From contig PSKW01000001.1 in the NCBI GenBank assembly GCA_040289265.1, positions 656,359 through 720,358 on the forward strand: a stretch of 64,000 nucleotides of DNA, read 5' to 3'. A model generated the notes under the pieces. The model was given only the letters and a program-made list of their open reading frames with translations, ran no database searches and was not told where the DNA came from. Position numbers and translations under genes: made by a program. Of the stretch, positions 8,245 through 17,371 are shown piece by piece. Each line of letters begins with the position of its first letter. Position 1 is the first letter of the stretch. This stretch comes from Gemmataceae bacterium. GTDB taxonomy: Bacteria; Planctomycetota; Planctomycetia; Gemmatales; HRBIN36.

Positions 8245-9912
8245 ATGGCCAGCTCAATGCTAACGGGTGTCACCGGTCTGCGAGTTCACCAGCAATTGCT
8301 CGACGTTGTTGGGAACAATTTAGCCAATGTCAACACCATCGGCTTCAAATCCCAACGCGTTCGATTTTCTGACCTCAGCTATCAGACCTTCAGTCAGGGC
8401 ACTCGCTCAGTAGCGAACAATGTCGGTGGAACAAATCCCATGCAAGTCGGTCTAGGCGTTAGGGTTTCAGCGATAGATACTTCCCTTCAACAGGGCACTT
8501 TGGAGACAACAGGAGGAGACTTTGACCTAGCTATCCAAGGAAACGGACTTTTTGTCGTTAACAGTGGTTCTCGCGACCTCTACACGCGCGCCGGTGCCTT
8601 CGGACTGGATGAAGACAATTACCTTGTCGATCCCGCTACCGGCTATAGGGTTCAACGCTTCGGTAGTATCGGTGAAGGGGATGCAACTACTCCAGCATTC
8701 CAAACTCCCGGCGACACTGGGATTAAGATACCGTTCGGGACAAGTATACCGGGTCGTGCCACTACGGAAGTCGTGCTGCAGGGCAATCTTTCAGCACAAG
8801 CCGTTGGCCCGCTCAAGGAAACCCTGACGTCTGCGTCACCTTTCACCAGTGGCGGCACTCCTGCGACTCCCGCAACTCTCTTGAATGCTTTGGATACCAA
8901 TACCTCGCCCTATGCCATTGGCGACCAGCTGATCATTAGCGGAACCGATGTGGATGGCAGCTCAGTTAACTTCTCTTTAAGTGTTGACACCACAACCACT
9001 ATGGCAGATCTACTAGCAGCTATTTCCGCAGCCTATTCTGGAGCAACGGCTTCCCTCGATGCTGCTGGCAATCTCGTTCTTCAAGCCGACAATGCCGGGC
9101 CGGCGTCCCTTTCCATGACAATTGCCGATCATTCTTCCAATGTTGGTGGGACAAATTGGGCCGCACATGGCATGCGCCTCACTGTGGATGGCAAGGATGG
9201 AGACAAGGTTGCGACATCCATTCAAATCTACGACGAACAGGGCACTGCGCACAGTTTGAGCTTAACATTCATCAAGAAGGGTAATAATCTCTGGGATCTG
9301 GTGGCTGCAATACCGCCAGCAGATGGGACTTTGACCGATAACTTCGTCTCGAACATACAATTCAACGACGATGGATCGTTCCGCCAAGTAAATGGGGTAG
9401 GGCCAGGCGATGCCGATATCGAACTTCAGATCATCGGGCTCAGTGGCACGCAAACGATTCGCCTCAATTTCGGTACAGCCAACGGCTTCGACGGTGTTAC
9501 CCAATTCGGCGGATCCACCTCAGTCGCCGCAACTTCCCAGGACGGATTTGCAGCAGGTTCACTGACCAGCATAGCGGTAGCACCCAACGGCCAAATAAAT
9601 GGCGTGTTCACTAACGGCCGTACGCTTCCTCTAGCCCAGCTAGCACTTGCTGTGTTCCCCAACCCGGCTGGCCTGCTCCGCGAAGGAGAAAACTATTTCT
9701 CGCTCAGTGTACAATCTGGCCTGCCATTAGTAGGTGCCCCCATGTCGGGTAGCAGAGGAAGCATCCAGCGCGGCACACTTGAATCCTCGAATGTGGATGT
9801 GGCCCTGGAATTTACCCGTTTGATCACAGCTCAGCGCGGTTTTCAGATCAATACCAGAACGATAACGGTTAGCGACCAGGTATTACAAGAACTTGCCAAC
9901 ATTATCCGTTAG
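8245..9912 (+). CDS. flgE: Flagellar hook protein FlgE
   Basis: The N-terminus (MLTGVTGLRVHQQLLDVVGNNLANVNTIGFK) and C-terminus (LESSNVDVALEFTRLITAQRGFQINTRTITVSDQVLQELANI) are typical rod/hook motifs. I prefer the ATG at 8245, which is 8 nt after GGAGGA, over the track GTG at 8239. Confidence 0.9.
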   Translation: MASSMLTGVTGLRVHQQLLDVVGNNLANVNTIGFKSQRVRFSDLSYQTFSQGTRSVANNVGGTNPMQVGLGVRVSAIDTSLQQGTLETTGGDFDLAIQGNGLFVVNSGSRDLYTRAGAFGLDEDNYLVDPATGYRVQRFGSIGEGDATTPAFQTPGDTGIKIPFGTSIPGRATTEVVLQGNLSAQAVGPLKETLTSASPFTSGGTPATPATLLNALDTNTSPYAIGDQLIISGTDVDGSSVNFSLSVDTTTTMADLLAAISAAYSGATASLDAAGNLVLQADNAGPASLSMTIADHSSNVGGTNWAAHGMRLTVDGKDGDKVATSIQIYDEQGTAHSLSLTFIKKGNNLWDLVAAIPPADGTLTDNFVSNIQFNDDGSFRQVNGVGPGDADIELQIIGLSGTQTIRLNFGTANGFDGVTQFGGSTSVAATSQDGFAAGSLTSIAVAPNGQINGVFTNGRTLPLAQLALAVFPNPAGLLREGENYFSLSVQSGLPLVGAPMSGSRGSIQRGTLESSNVDVALEFTRLITAQRGFQINTRTITVSDQVLQELANIIR

Positions 9913-9997
9913 GTACCTCGATCTGTATAATTCCTGAGGTACGCCAAACCCTCTAAAACTGCCCCACCATTCCAGTTTACCTGATCAATATCCTAGG

Positions 9998-10025
9998 AAA
10001 ATCCTTCAAGGTTTCCGTGCGATAA
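9998..10025 (+). promoter_or_regulatory. Candidate sigma28-type promoter upstream of the fliO-like gene, fliPQR and flhBA
   Basis: The sequence reads AAAATCCttcaaggtTTCCGTGCGATAA. It shares the TCCGTnCGATAA block with the fliC upstream region. Confidence 0.3.
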
Positions 10026-10089
10026 CACCGAGCTTCATAAAATGGAGGTGCCTAACTAGCAACAACATTTTCACTCCAACTGGTGGTCA

Positions 10090-10806
10090 ATGGCAATCAA
10101 AGCGCTGGCCGATTGCATAACTGGTCATAAAAGTCTCAGAGCCACAGTCCTCCTTTTCCTTGCAATCACAGCCGTGTGTCTAGGATTATGCCTTCCTAGA
10201 CTAGCAAGGTCTATTCTCGGCGAGGAAACCGCCCTGACCACATCACATCATGCGGACTTGAGTCAGAACTTTACGCCGACCAGCCTTTTGAAGCCGCAAC
10301 GCCAAACTACCTCCTCACTAATCCCACAAAATGCTCCACAAGCTCTTTCCACAGCCAGCGAGTCCGGAAACCTAAATGACTCGGCCCAGCCACCTGAATC
10401 AGCGACAAAACCCTCTGCTGCTTTATCGTTCTGCCCGCCAACACTGGACACCGAACCTGGACTCTATGTAAGCGGTCTTATTTTCTTAACTTTGGGCATT
10501 CCCTTCATCCTGGTTATTATGCTCATCCTTATTTTAAAAAGGCACCAGTGGAAACCCCACATGAGCAGCTCGCTCCCTGGTTGCATCAAGCACCACGACT
10601 CACTCCGCCTAGCTCAGTCATGTCAGATTCACCTCATTCAAGTTCACGACATCCTTGTCGTTGTCGGGACTGACCAGCAGGGTCTCAAACTGATATGCCC
10701 CCTTTCCGGTTTCGGAACGACTCTCGATAAGCTTACAAGCCAAGTGTTATCAGAAGATTCACAGTCCCCCACGAAAGAACATGCCCATGGAACAGCTATT
10801 GAATAA
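10090..10806 (+). CDS. FliO-like flagellar export protein with a long N-terminal extension
   Basis: The gene sits directly upstream of fliP and overlaps it. It has a TM helix (GLIFLTLGIPFILVIMLILIL). This is followed by a block (LRLAQSCQIHLIQVHDILVVVGTDQQGLKLI) resembling the FliO C-terminal pattern. Confidence 0.45.
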   Translation: MAIKALADCITGHKSLRATVLLFLAITAVCLGLCLPRLARSILGEETALTTSHHADLSQNFTPTSLLKPQRQTTSSLIPQNAPQALSTASESGNLNDSAQPPESATKPSAALSFCPPTLDTEPGLYVSGLIFLTLGIPFILVIMLILILKRHQWKPHMSSSLPGCIKHHDSLRLAQSCQIHLIQVHDILVVVGTDQQGLKLICPLSGFGTTLDKLTSQVLSEDSQSPTKEHAHGTAIE

Positions 10807-11452
10807 AATCAGTTTACAAACAGACTGGAGCCGGAGTAGCCCTGCCGAACTGGCACTCATCATAGGCGCGCTCGTTTTCTTACCCACCTTACTCATTACT
10901 AGCACATCGTTTACCCGTATTGTGATAGTGCTTTCGTTCGTTCGACGAGCCTTGGCGACTCCGGAAATCCCGCCGAATATCGTTGTTCTCAGTATATCTC
11001 TATTTCTTACCGTCTACATCATGGGCCCGGTATATGACGATATTCATGCCAACGCCATTACTCCGTACATGAACAGCGAAATCACTGCGACTCAATTCCT
11101 AGATAGAGCATCGTCGTTTTTGAGGCAGTATCTCCTACGCCACACGCGCAAAAATGATCTGCTTCTTTTCCAACAAATGTCCCAGGCTCCGCCTATAACC
11201 AGCGTCGATCATACGCCTTTGCGTATTTTGATACCGGCGTATATCACGAGCGAGCTAAAGACGGCTTTCATCATGGGTTTTTGTATTTATCTTCCGTTTC
11301 TCCTAATTGACCTTGTTGTAGCTGCGGTGCTTTCTGGCATGGGGATGATGATGATGCCCCCCATCGTTGTCTCAACTCCGTTGAAAATGCTTCTTTTTGT
11401 GCTTGTAGACGGCTGGAAGCTGGTCATCCAGGTCCTGGTCAGCAGCTACTGA
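10781..11452 (+). CDS. fliP: Flagellar export apparatus protein FliP
   Basis: Conserved FliP blocks are present: TSFTRIVIVLSFVRRALATPEIPPN, and ITSELKTAFIMGFCIYLPFLLIDLVVAAVLSGMGMMMMPP. Confidence 0.95.
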   Translation: MPMEQLLNKISLQTDWSRSSPAELALIIGALVFLPTLLITSTSFTRIVIVLSFVRRALATPEIPPNIVVLSISLFLTVYIMGPVYDDIHANAITPYMNSEITATQFLDRASSFLRQYLLRHTRKNDLLLFQQMSQAPPITSVDHTPLRILIPAYITSELKTAFIMGFCIYLPFLLIDLVVAAVLSGMGMMMMPPIVVSTPLKMLLFVLVDGWKLVIQVLVSSY

Positions 11453-11481
11453 CTGTTCAGAGTCCAAGAGAGCCAAACCCT

Positions 11482-11754
11482 ATGACCGTAGGAGAAGCGA
11501 TTGCCTTGGGGAAAGAGTTCTTTTACCTTGCATTGGTACTCAGCGCTCCGGCTTTGCTAGCAAGCATGGCCACCGGCCTATTTATCAGTATTTTGCAAAC
11601 TCTTACCAGCATCCAAGAGCAGACCCTGGGATTCGTTCCCAGGCTCGTAGCTGCTGCAATTGTGATCGTGCTCACGCTCCCCTGGTCCTTGCAATTGGCA
11701 ATGAACTATGCCCTCAAAGCGTTCTTCCAGGCGGCTCAGGCTGGTCACCAATGA
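11482..11754 (+). CDS. fliQ: Flagellar export apparatus protein FliQ
   Basis: 90 aa with two TM segments. It contains the FliQ pattern LLASMATGLFISILQTLTSIQEQTLGFVPRL. Confidence 0.9.
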   Translation: MTVGEAIALGKEFFYLALVLSAPALLASMATGLFISILQTLTSIQEQTLGFVPRLVAAAIVIVLTLPWSLQLAMNYALKAFFQAAQAGHQ

Positions 11755-12527
11755 ACGGCGAGTGGATACTTTTTTTTCTGGTCTTCGCTCGTTCCTTCGC
11801 CTTTGTGGCTGCGCTGCCGTTGTGGGGTGGCACCTTAGTGCCCAGGCTAATAAAAATCCATCTCGCCTTGGGACTTGCGTTTTTCGAGCTGCAATCGAAC
11901 CTGCCGTCAGGCTGGTTCAACACGGCACCTTTCCGCTCGCTTCACAGTTCGGTCCTTATTCTCGCCATGATGGTCAAGGAGGCGCTGTTCGGCTGGCTTC
12001 TCGCATATGTATTTGGGCTTTACTTTGTCCTTTTCCGAATTGCTGGCCAGTTGGTTTCTCAGGAAATGGGCATGAACCTAGCCGAGCAAAGTCTGCCCGA
12101 CGCAGGAATCGGTCAGGGGAACGCTGTGACTCAGATATTCGAGTCAATAGGTACGCTCCTTTTCTACACAATGAATATACATCACTACTTCTTTCTTTCC
12201 TATCATTCGAGTATTCTTTTACTTGGGCCCGTTCAAGACCTTGGACTGACTCCCCATCTGGCAGTACAACCGTTTACGAACACCCTGCAATGGAGCTTAA
12301 CTCTCGTGGCTCCCATCCTCTCGGGACTTTTTCTGGCCACGATTGCTCTCTTCCTGGCAAATCGCGTAGCTCCGCAGCTGAATCTCTTTTCGATCGGTCT
12401 TACAGGCCGTATTTGTGCCGGACTTTTTCTGCTTTTTGTATCCTTACCACAAATGGTTTGGGCAGCGTGCCAGCTTTTACACAAGATGGCCATACTATCA
12501 ACTTTTTCGGGCCGAGGTCTCCTATAA
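11751..12527 (+). CDS. fliR: Flagellar export apparatus protein FliR
   Basis: 258-aa polytopic membrane protein. Its ATG overlaps the fliQ stop in an ATGA junction. It occupies the canonical fliPQR position. Confidence 0.9.
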   Translation: MNGEWILFFLVFARSFAFVAALPLWGGTLVPRLIKIHLALGLAFFELQSNLPSGWFNTAPFRSLHSSVLILAMMVKEALFGWLLAYVFGLYFVLFRIAGQLVSQEMGMNLAEQSLPDAGIGQGNAVTQIFESIGTLLFYTMNIHHYFFLSYHSSILLLGPVQDLGLTPHLAVQPFTNTLQWSLTLVAPILSGLFLATIALFLANRVAPQLNLFSIGLTGRICAGLFLLFVSLPQMVWAACQLLHKMAILSTFSGRGLL

Positions 12528-12570
12528 ACGGGTGAACTCGGACGATCTCTGAGAACAGTCGGGGCGAGCC

Positions 12571-13644
12571 TTGGCGGAAGACTTTGCTCAGTCGAAGACC
12601 GAACCACCGACGCAACGACGCCGAGAGCAAGCGCGACAGCAGGGAAAAGTTGCTTATAGCGCTGAACTTTTCTACGGACTCTTCCTTTTAGCTTCGACCA
12701 GCTTGGTTTCCTACTCAGGTAATCGAATAGCTGATTTATTCATCGAATATTGGCGGCGCGGCTTATCGCTTGCCAAATCAGCAACCGGCATGGACTCAGT
12801 CCATTTAGTCGCCGCTGTCAATCACCTGCTGACCCAGGCGCTATTCGATTTCTCTCCGTTTCTCCTGGCGTTCACGGTGCTCATTATCGTCATCAATCTG
12901 CTTCAAGTAGGAGTTTTGCTGTCTCCCGAAGCCTTAGGGCTCAAATGGGAGCGCCTGTCGTTAAGTTACGGCATGCAAAACCTTTTTTCACTAGGATCTG
13001 CTATACGCTCAGCATGGATGCTGGCCAAAGTAACGATGGTCGTTTTGCTCCTCTTGGCGCTCTTAGGCAATCACTACGGGGAATTGTTAGGACTTTTCCA
13101 AGTCTCGTTGTCGGAGGCGACAGCAATCACATGGCGTTTCACTATGAGGCTCTGCTACGGATTTGGCTCGGCACTGGTATTGCTAGGTCTTCTCGATTAC
13201 GGCTATCAAAGGTTCCGATTCGAAAGCTCTCTTTGGATGACTCGGCAGGAGCTCAAGGAAGAGCTCAAACGGGAGGAAGGCGATCCCCATATGAGGGCCC
13301 GCATACGGAAGCTACAACGGGAAATGGCGCGAAGGCAGCTTTTCCGTGATGTGCCTCGGGCCACGGTCGTCGTGACCAATCCGACTCACCTGGCCGTGGC
13401 GCTGCGCTATGCGCGGCGAGAAATGGACGCACCCGTAGTCGTCGCCAAAGGGGCCGGAGATTTGGCACTGCGTATTGCGGATATCGCTCGACGGCACGCC
13501 GTGCCCGTTCTGTGCAATCCGCCGCTGGCGCGAGCCTTATACCAAAAGGTTCAAGTCGGGCAGACGATTCCGTACGCCCTGTACGTAGCCGTCGCCGAAT
13601 TGCTGGCATTGGTATACCGCATGCGCGGGTCGAGGATTCAGTAA
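12571..13644 (+). CDS. flhB: Flagellar export switch protein FlhB
   Basis: The N-terminus (SKTEPPTQRRREQARQQGKVAYSAEL) is typical of FlhB. The NPTH autocleavage site is present (VVVTNPTHLAVALRY). The start codon is TTG. Confidence 0.95.
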   Translation: MAEDFAQSKTEPPTQRRREQARQQGKVAYSAELFYGLFLLASTSLVSYSGNRIADLFIEYWRRGLSLAKSATGMDSVHLVAAVNHLLTQALFDFSPFLLAFTVLIIVINLLQVGVLLSPEALGLKWERLSLSYGMQNLFSLGSAIRSAWMLAKVTMVVLLLLALLGNHYGELLGLFQVSLSEATAITWRFTMRLCYGFGSALVLLGLLDYGYQRFRFESSLWMTRQELKEELKREEGDPHMRARIRKLQREMARRQLFRDVPRATVVVTNPTHLAVALRYARREMDAPVVVAKGAGDLALRIADIARRHAVPVLCNPPLARALYQKVQVGQTIPYALYVAVAELLALVYRMRGSRIQ

Positions 13645-13706
13645 GGGAATGCATATAAACAGCCCCAAGAATGCATCGGTAGTCTAGGTTTTATGAGCAC
13701 GAAAAA

Positions 13707-15818
13707 ATGAATACCAGCAATACAGCTACTGTAGACTCAAATTTTCTCTTTCCACAGCGAAGTGAGCTCATTCTGTCTTTTGTTTTGCTCGCAATCTTGG
13801 TGGTATTGCTAATACCCCTGCCGACGTTTTTGCTCGATATGCTTTTAGCCACCAACATTGGTTTGACTATTTTGTTGCTTTTGGTCACACTGAGTGCGAA
13901 AGAACCGCTCGAGTTTTCAGTATTTCCTTCGCTTTTGTTACTTATGACCTTGTTCAGGCTGTCTCTCAATGTGGCGACAACTCGGCTTATACTTCTCTCG
14001 GCCAATGCCGGACATATAGTCTCTGCGTTCGGCGGCTTCGTTGTCGGTGGCAATCTGGTGGTCGGACTGGTGATATTTCTCATTCTGGTGGTTATTCAGT
14101 TCGTCGTCATTACCAAGGGTGCGGGACGTATTTCGGAAGTAGCGGCAAGGTTTACACTCGATGCCATGCCGGGCAAGCAAATGGCCATAGATGCCGAGCT
14201 GAGTGCGGGGGCGATCAGCGAGGAAGAAGCACGCAAAAGACGGCAGCATTTGATGCGCGAAGCGGAGTTTTACGGTGCGATGGACGGCGCCAGCAAATTC
14301 GTAAGAGGGGATGCCATCGCCGGTTTGATCATCACTGGCGTGAATTTGATAGGCGGCGTGATCATGGCTCTCGGACGGGGGATGAGCATCTCCGAGGCGA
14401 TCAAGACGTACAGCGTTCTGACGGTCGGGGACGGTTTGGTTTCGCAGATTCCTGCCTTGATCGTGGCGACGGCAGCAGGCATTCTAGTTACCAAGGCGGC
14501 GTCACAAACGAGTCTGGGGCAAGAGATTTCCAGTCAGGTTTTGGCGACTCCTGGGCCGTTAGCGATCGGGGCGATCATTCTTTTGGCATTGGGCTTGGCG
14601 CCGGGTCTCCCTTTGGTGCCCTTTGTCATTTTGGCGGCAGCAGTGTGGTTGGCCTCGCAGCGGATGCGCACGCGACCGAGCGCCCGCAGTCAACCGGCTG
14701 CCGAAGGGGCCAAGCAAGCGCCAGCGCGGATACCGATCGAGGTACAAGCCGAAGAGCTGCTGCAAATGGACCGCTTGTGCGTGGAGATCGGAACCCGTCT
14801 CATAGCTCTGGTGGAGTCGAAGAAGTCGCCTAATTTGCTGGATCGGGTGACCGGTCTGCGGCGTGACTTAGCAAGGAAGCATGGCATTTGGGTGCCGCCG
14901 GTACGTATTCGCGACAATCTGAACTTGGAACCGGAGTCGTATCGCATCCTGGTCGTGGGTCGAGAAGTGGGGCGCGGTCAGCTCAAGGTAGATCGTCTTT
15001 TGGCCATTCATCCCAAGGGGGCAACTCCGACTTTCGAGGCAGAACCGACCCAGGATCCAGCTTTTGGAATGCCGGCGTGGTGGATCAAGGAAACCGAGCG
15101 CCAGCGGGCAGAATTACTCGGTTTTACCGTGGTAGATGCGGCGACCACGTTGGTTACGCACTTGGGAGAAATCGCCCGCAAACACGCCCATGAACTCCTG
15201 GGTCGCGAAGAGCTCAAAATGCTGGTGGACAAAATCAAGCAAACCAATCCCAGTGTGGTGGAGGAGCTCATCCCCAATCAATTGACCATGGGTGCACTGC
15301 ATCGCGTCGTGTTGTTGCTCCTAGAAGAACGGGTACCAGTCTCGGATTTAGTAAGGATTCTAGAAAGTCTCGGCCATCTGGCTGGACAGATCAAGGATCC
15401 GGTGGAACTAGCTGAAAGGGTCCGTGTGGATTTGGGACGGGCCATTTGCGATCGTTTTCGCGATGCCAGCGGCCGGCTGCGGGTCATCGTGTTCGATCCG
15501 CGGCTGGAGGCCGAACTGCGGCGTTCGGTGCAAAACGGCCAGGTCGTCATCGAACCGAGTCGGCTGGAAAAGCTGTTGGTCAAGCTGGCCAACGAGTGGA
15601 AAAAGAGCGTCGCAGCCAATCAGGAGGTGGCACTCCTAGTGGACACGAGCATCCGCAGGCCTTTGCGTCACATCTTGGCGCGAGCGATCAACGAACTGGC
15701 GGTACTCGCCTACCAGGAAATACCACAGGACATGTCGTTAGAAATTGCAGGCGTGATACGACCCGAAGACGTGATAGGATCGGCAACAAACCGAACGCCT
15801 GTGGGACCAGGCAATTGA
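13707..15818 (+). CDS. flhA: Flagellar export apparatus protein FlhA
   Basis: 703 aa. The FHIPEP motifs are present: VVIQFVVITKGAGRISEVAARFTLDAMPGKQMAIDAEL, and FYGAMDGASKFVRGDAIAG. Confidence 0.97.
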   Translation: MNTSNTATVDSNFLFPQRSELILSFVLLAILVVLLIPLPTFLLDMLLATNIGLTILLLLVTLSAKEPLEFSVFPSLLLLMTLFRLSLNVATTRLILLSANAGHIVSAFGGFVVGGNLVVGLVIFLILVVIQFVVITKGAGRISEVAARFTLDAMPGKQMAIDAELSAGAISEEEARKRRQHLMREAEFYGAMDGASKFVRGDAIAGLIITGVNLIGGVIMALGRGMSISEAIKTYSVLTVGDGLVSQIPALIVATAAGILVTKAASQTSLGQEISSQVLATPGPLAIGAIILLALGLAPGLPLVPFVILAAAVWLASQRMRTRPSARSQPAAEGAKQAPARIPIEVQAEELLQMDRLCVEIGTRLIALVESKKSPNLLDRVTGLRRDLARKHGIWVPPVRIRDNLNLEPESYRILVVGREVGRGQLKVDRLLAIHPKGATPTFEAEPTQDPAFGMPAWWIKETERQRAELLGFTVVDAATTLVTHLGEIARKHAHELLGREELKMLVDKIKQTNPSVVEELIPNQLTMGALHRVVLLLLEERVPVSDLVRILESLGHLAGQIKDPVELAERVRVDLGRAICDRFRDASGRLRVIVFDPRLEAELRRSVQNGQVVIEPSRLEKLLVKLANEWKKSVAANQEVALLVDTSIRRPLRHILARAINELAVLAYQEIPQDMSLEIAGVIRPEDVIGSATNRTPVGPGN

Positions 15819-15901
15819 GCAGCGTTGTGGAATGTGTGATAGGTTGGAACTGAGGAGGCGCGGTAACTGCCCGGCCTGGATTCTACCAACGCTAGCTGGG
15901 T

Positions 15902-16144
15902 ATGAGGAGCAGAACCCACGCCGGTGCCCATTTAGTCGCACTGGGGGCAATAAGCCTGGCTATGCTCGTAGGTGGGCTGGCCGATGTGCCTCCGGACGCG
16001 ATTTTGTATCGCAGTCTTCTTGTCGGCGGCGCTGTTTGGATACTGAGCCAAGTTTGGATCGTTGTGCTCAGTAACTGGTTAACCGTCCAGGGAGGCGAAC
16101 AGCACACGCCTGCGACTCGAATTGGGCAAGCCGACAAACGTTAA
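15902..16144 (+). CDS. Hypothetical small membrane protein (two predicted TM helices)
   Basis: An 80-aa ORF with hydrophobic segments (LVALGAISLAMLVGGL and LLVGGAVWILSQVWIVVL). There is no clear SD. It occupies the slot where flhF/flhG sit in many flagellar operons. Confidence 0.3.
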   Translation: MRSRTHAGAHLVALGAISLAMLVGGLADVPPDAILYRSLLVGGAVWILSQVWIVVLSNWLTVQGGEQHTPATRIGQADKR

Positions 16145-16175
16145 GTGAATCGCTCGGGGCGAGGCGCACTCGACA

Positions 16176-16904
16176 ATGTCCAACGCCACGGAAACGTATC
16201 GAGAGGCAGCCCAATCGGCACTCCGAGACGATCTCATTTTGACGCACCTAGACCTCGTCAAGCACATCGTGTCGCGATTGCTGGCGCAACTCCCACCGGG
16301 CGTAGATGAAGAAGGGCTCCTATCCGCGGGAATTGTTGGACTCGTCGAGGCGGCAAGGCATTTCGATCCACAACGGGGCGTAGCCTTCAAAACATATGCC
16401 TATCCCCGAATCCGCGGAGCTGTCATGGATGAACTGCGACGCAACTGCATGCTGCCGCAGAAAATGCTCGAGAAAATGGCCGTGGTACGAAGGGCATACG
16501 AGGAAATGTCACCGCCTGCAACTGTGGAAGCGCTGAAGGCTGCCACCGGCCTTACGGAAGAGGAAATACTCGACGTATTGGCATGCATCCGTATGAAGCA
16601 CATACTGAACGGCGCCGATGCTGTAGAGCCACTGGCTACCGTCATAGATCGCCGTACGACAAATCCCCTGCAGGCATTGGAAGAGGAAGAACTAAAAGAC
16701 GCGTTGGTTGCCGCTATCCAGCAATTGCCGGAGCGTGAACGAACGATCTTGGCCCTTTATTTTCAGGAAGAGCTGAGGTTGCGGGAGATCGCGTGCGTGC
16801 TAAAGCTATCGGAGTCCCGTGTCAGCCGGCTACTCAATGCAGCGTTGTTTCAGATCGGGGAGTATCTGCGCGCCCGTAACCTAGTCCCTAGCGAATCCAG
16901 TTAA
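16176..16904 (+). CDS. fliA: Flagellar sigma factor FliA (sigma28)
   Basis: Region 2 (LLSAGIVGLVEAARHFDPQRGVAFKTYAYPRIRGAVMDELR) and region 4 (ERERTILALYFQEELRLREIACVLKLSESRVSRL) are both present. At 242 aa the size is typical of FliA. Confidence 0.9.
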   Translation: MSNATETYREAAQSALRDDLILTHLDLVKHIVSRLLAQLPPGVDEEGLLSAGIVGLVEAARHFDPQRGVAFKTYAYPRIRGAVMDELRRNCMLPQKMLEKMAVVRRAYEEMSPPATVEALKAATGLTEEEILDVLACIRMKHILNGADAVEPLATVIDRRTTNPLQALEEEELKDALVAAIQQLPERERTILALYFQEELRLREIACVLKLSESRVSRLLNAALFQIGEYLRARNLVPSESS

Positions 16905-16911
16905 AGTGGGT

Positions 16912-16953
16912 AATCCTTTCACATCGCGAAGTTTTTACCAAGAGGAAAGGATT
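16912..16953. repeat. Perfect 9-bp inverted repeat AATCCTTTC-N24-GAAAGGATT just downstream of fliA
   Basis: Read directly from the sequence. The right arm overlaps an AAAGGATTT element. A CCGATTAT element follows at 16967-16974. Confidence 0.85.
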
Positions 16954-17005
16954 TGAGCCTGCCGGTCCGATTATATGTCAGGGGGCTTAGTATGGAGGCA
17001 GCGTA

Positions 17006-17287
17006 ATGGCCCAGGGGGACAGCAAGTTCCTTCGCAAAACCGATTCCGGCTACCGCGCAGTGCTGCCGGCGCATTTGGTAAGGCTAGCTGAACAGCCAGC
17101 TATGGTAGGCGCGCCTGGGCAGGTCAAGCTGACCGAGCCGCAGGTAGAAGTGATCCGTAAAGGCGACGTGGTCGAGGCCATACAGATTACGTGTACCTGC
17201 GGTAAGAAAACCGTATTGCGCTGCGTCTACGCCGGGGACGCGCAAAATCCTCCTGCGCAGATAGCAAAGCAAGGTGAAGCGCGCTAG
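17006..17287 (+). CDS. Hypothetical small protein with a CxC...C cluster
   Basis: 93 aa. A good SD (GGAGG) lies 7 nt upstream. I recognise no family. Confidence 0.5.
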   Translation: MAQGDSKFLRKTDSGYRAVLPAHLVRLAEQPAMVGAPGQVKLTEPQVEVIRKGDVVEAIQITCTCGKKTVLRCVYAGDAQNPPAQIAKQGEAR

Positions 17288-17371
17288 GGGCTGCGACAGC
17301 CATATCGCAGGCACGGAGGCGCGCACAGGGGACAAATCCTGGTTGGATTACCGACGCACCAGGAGGCTTAA

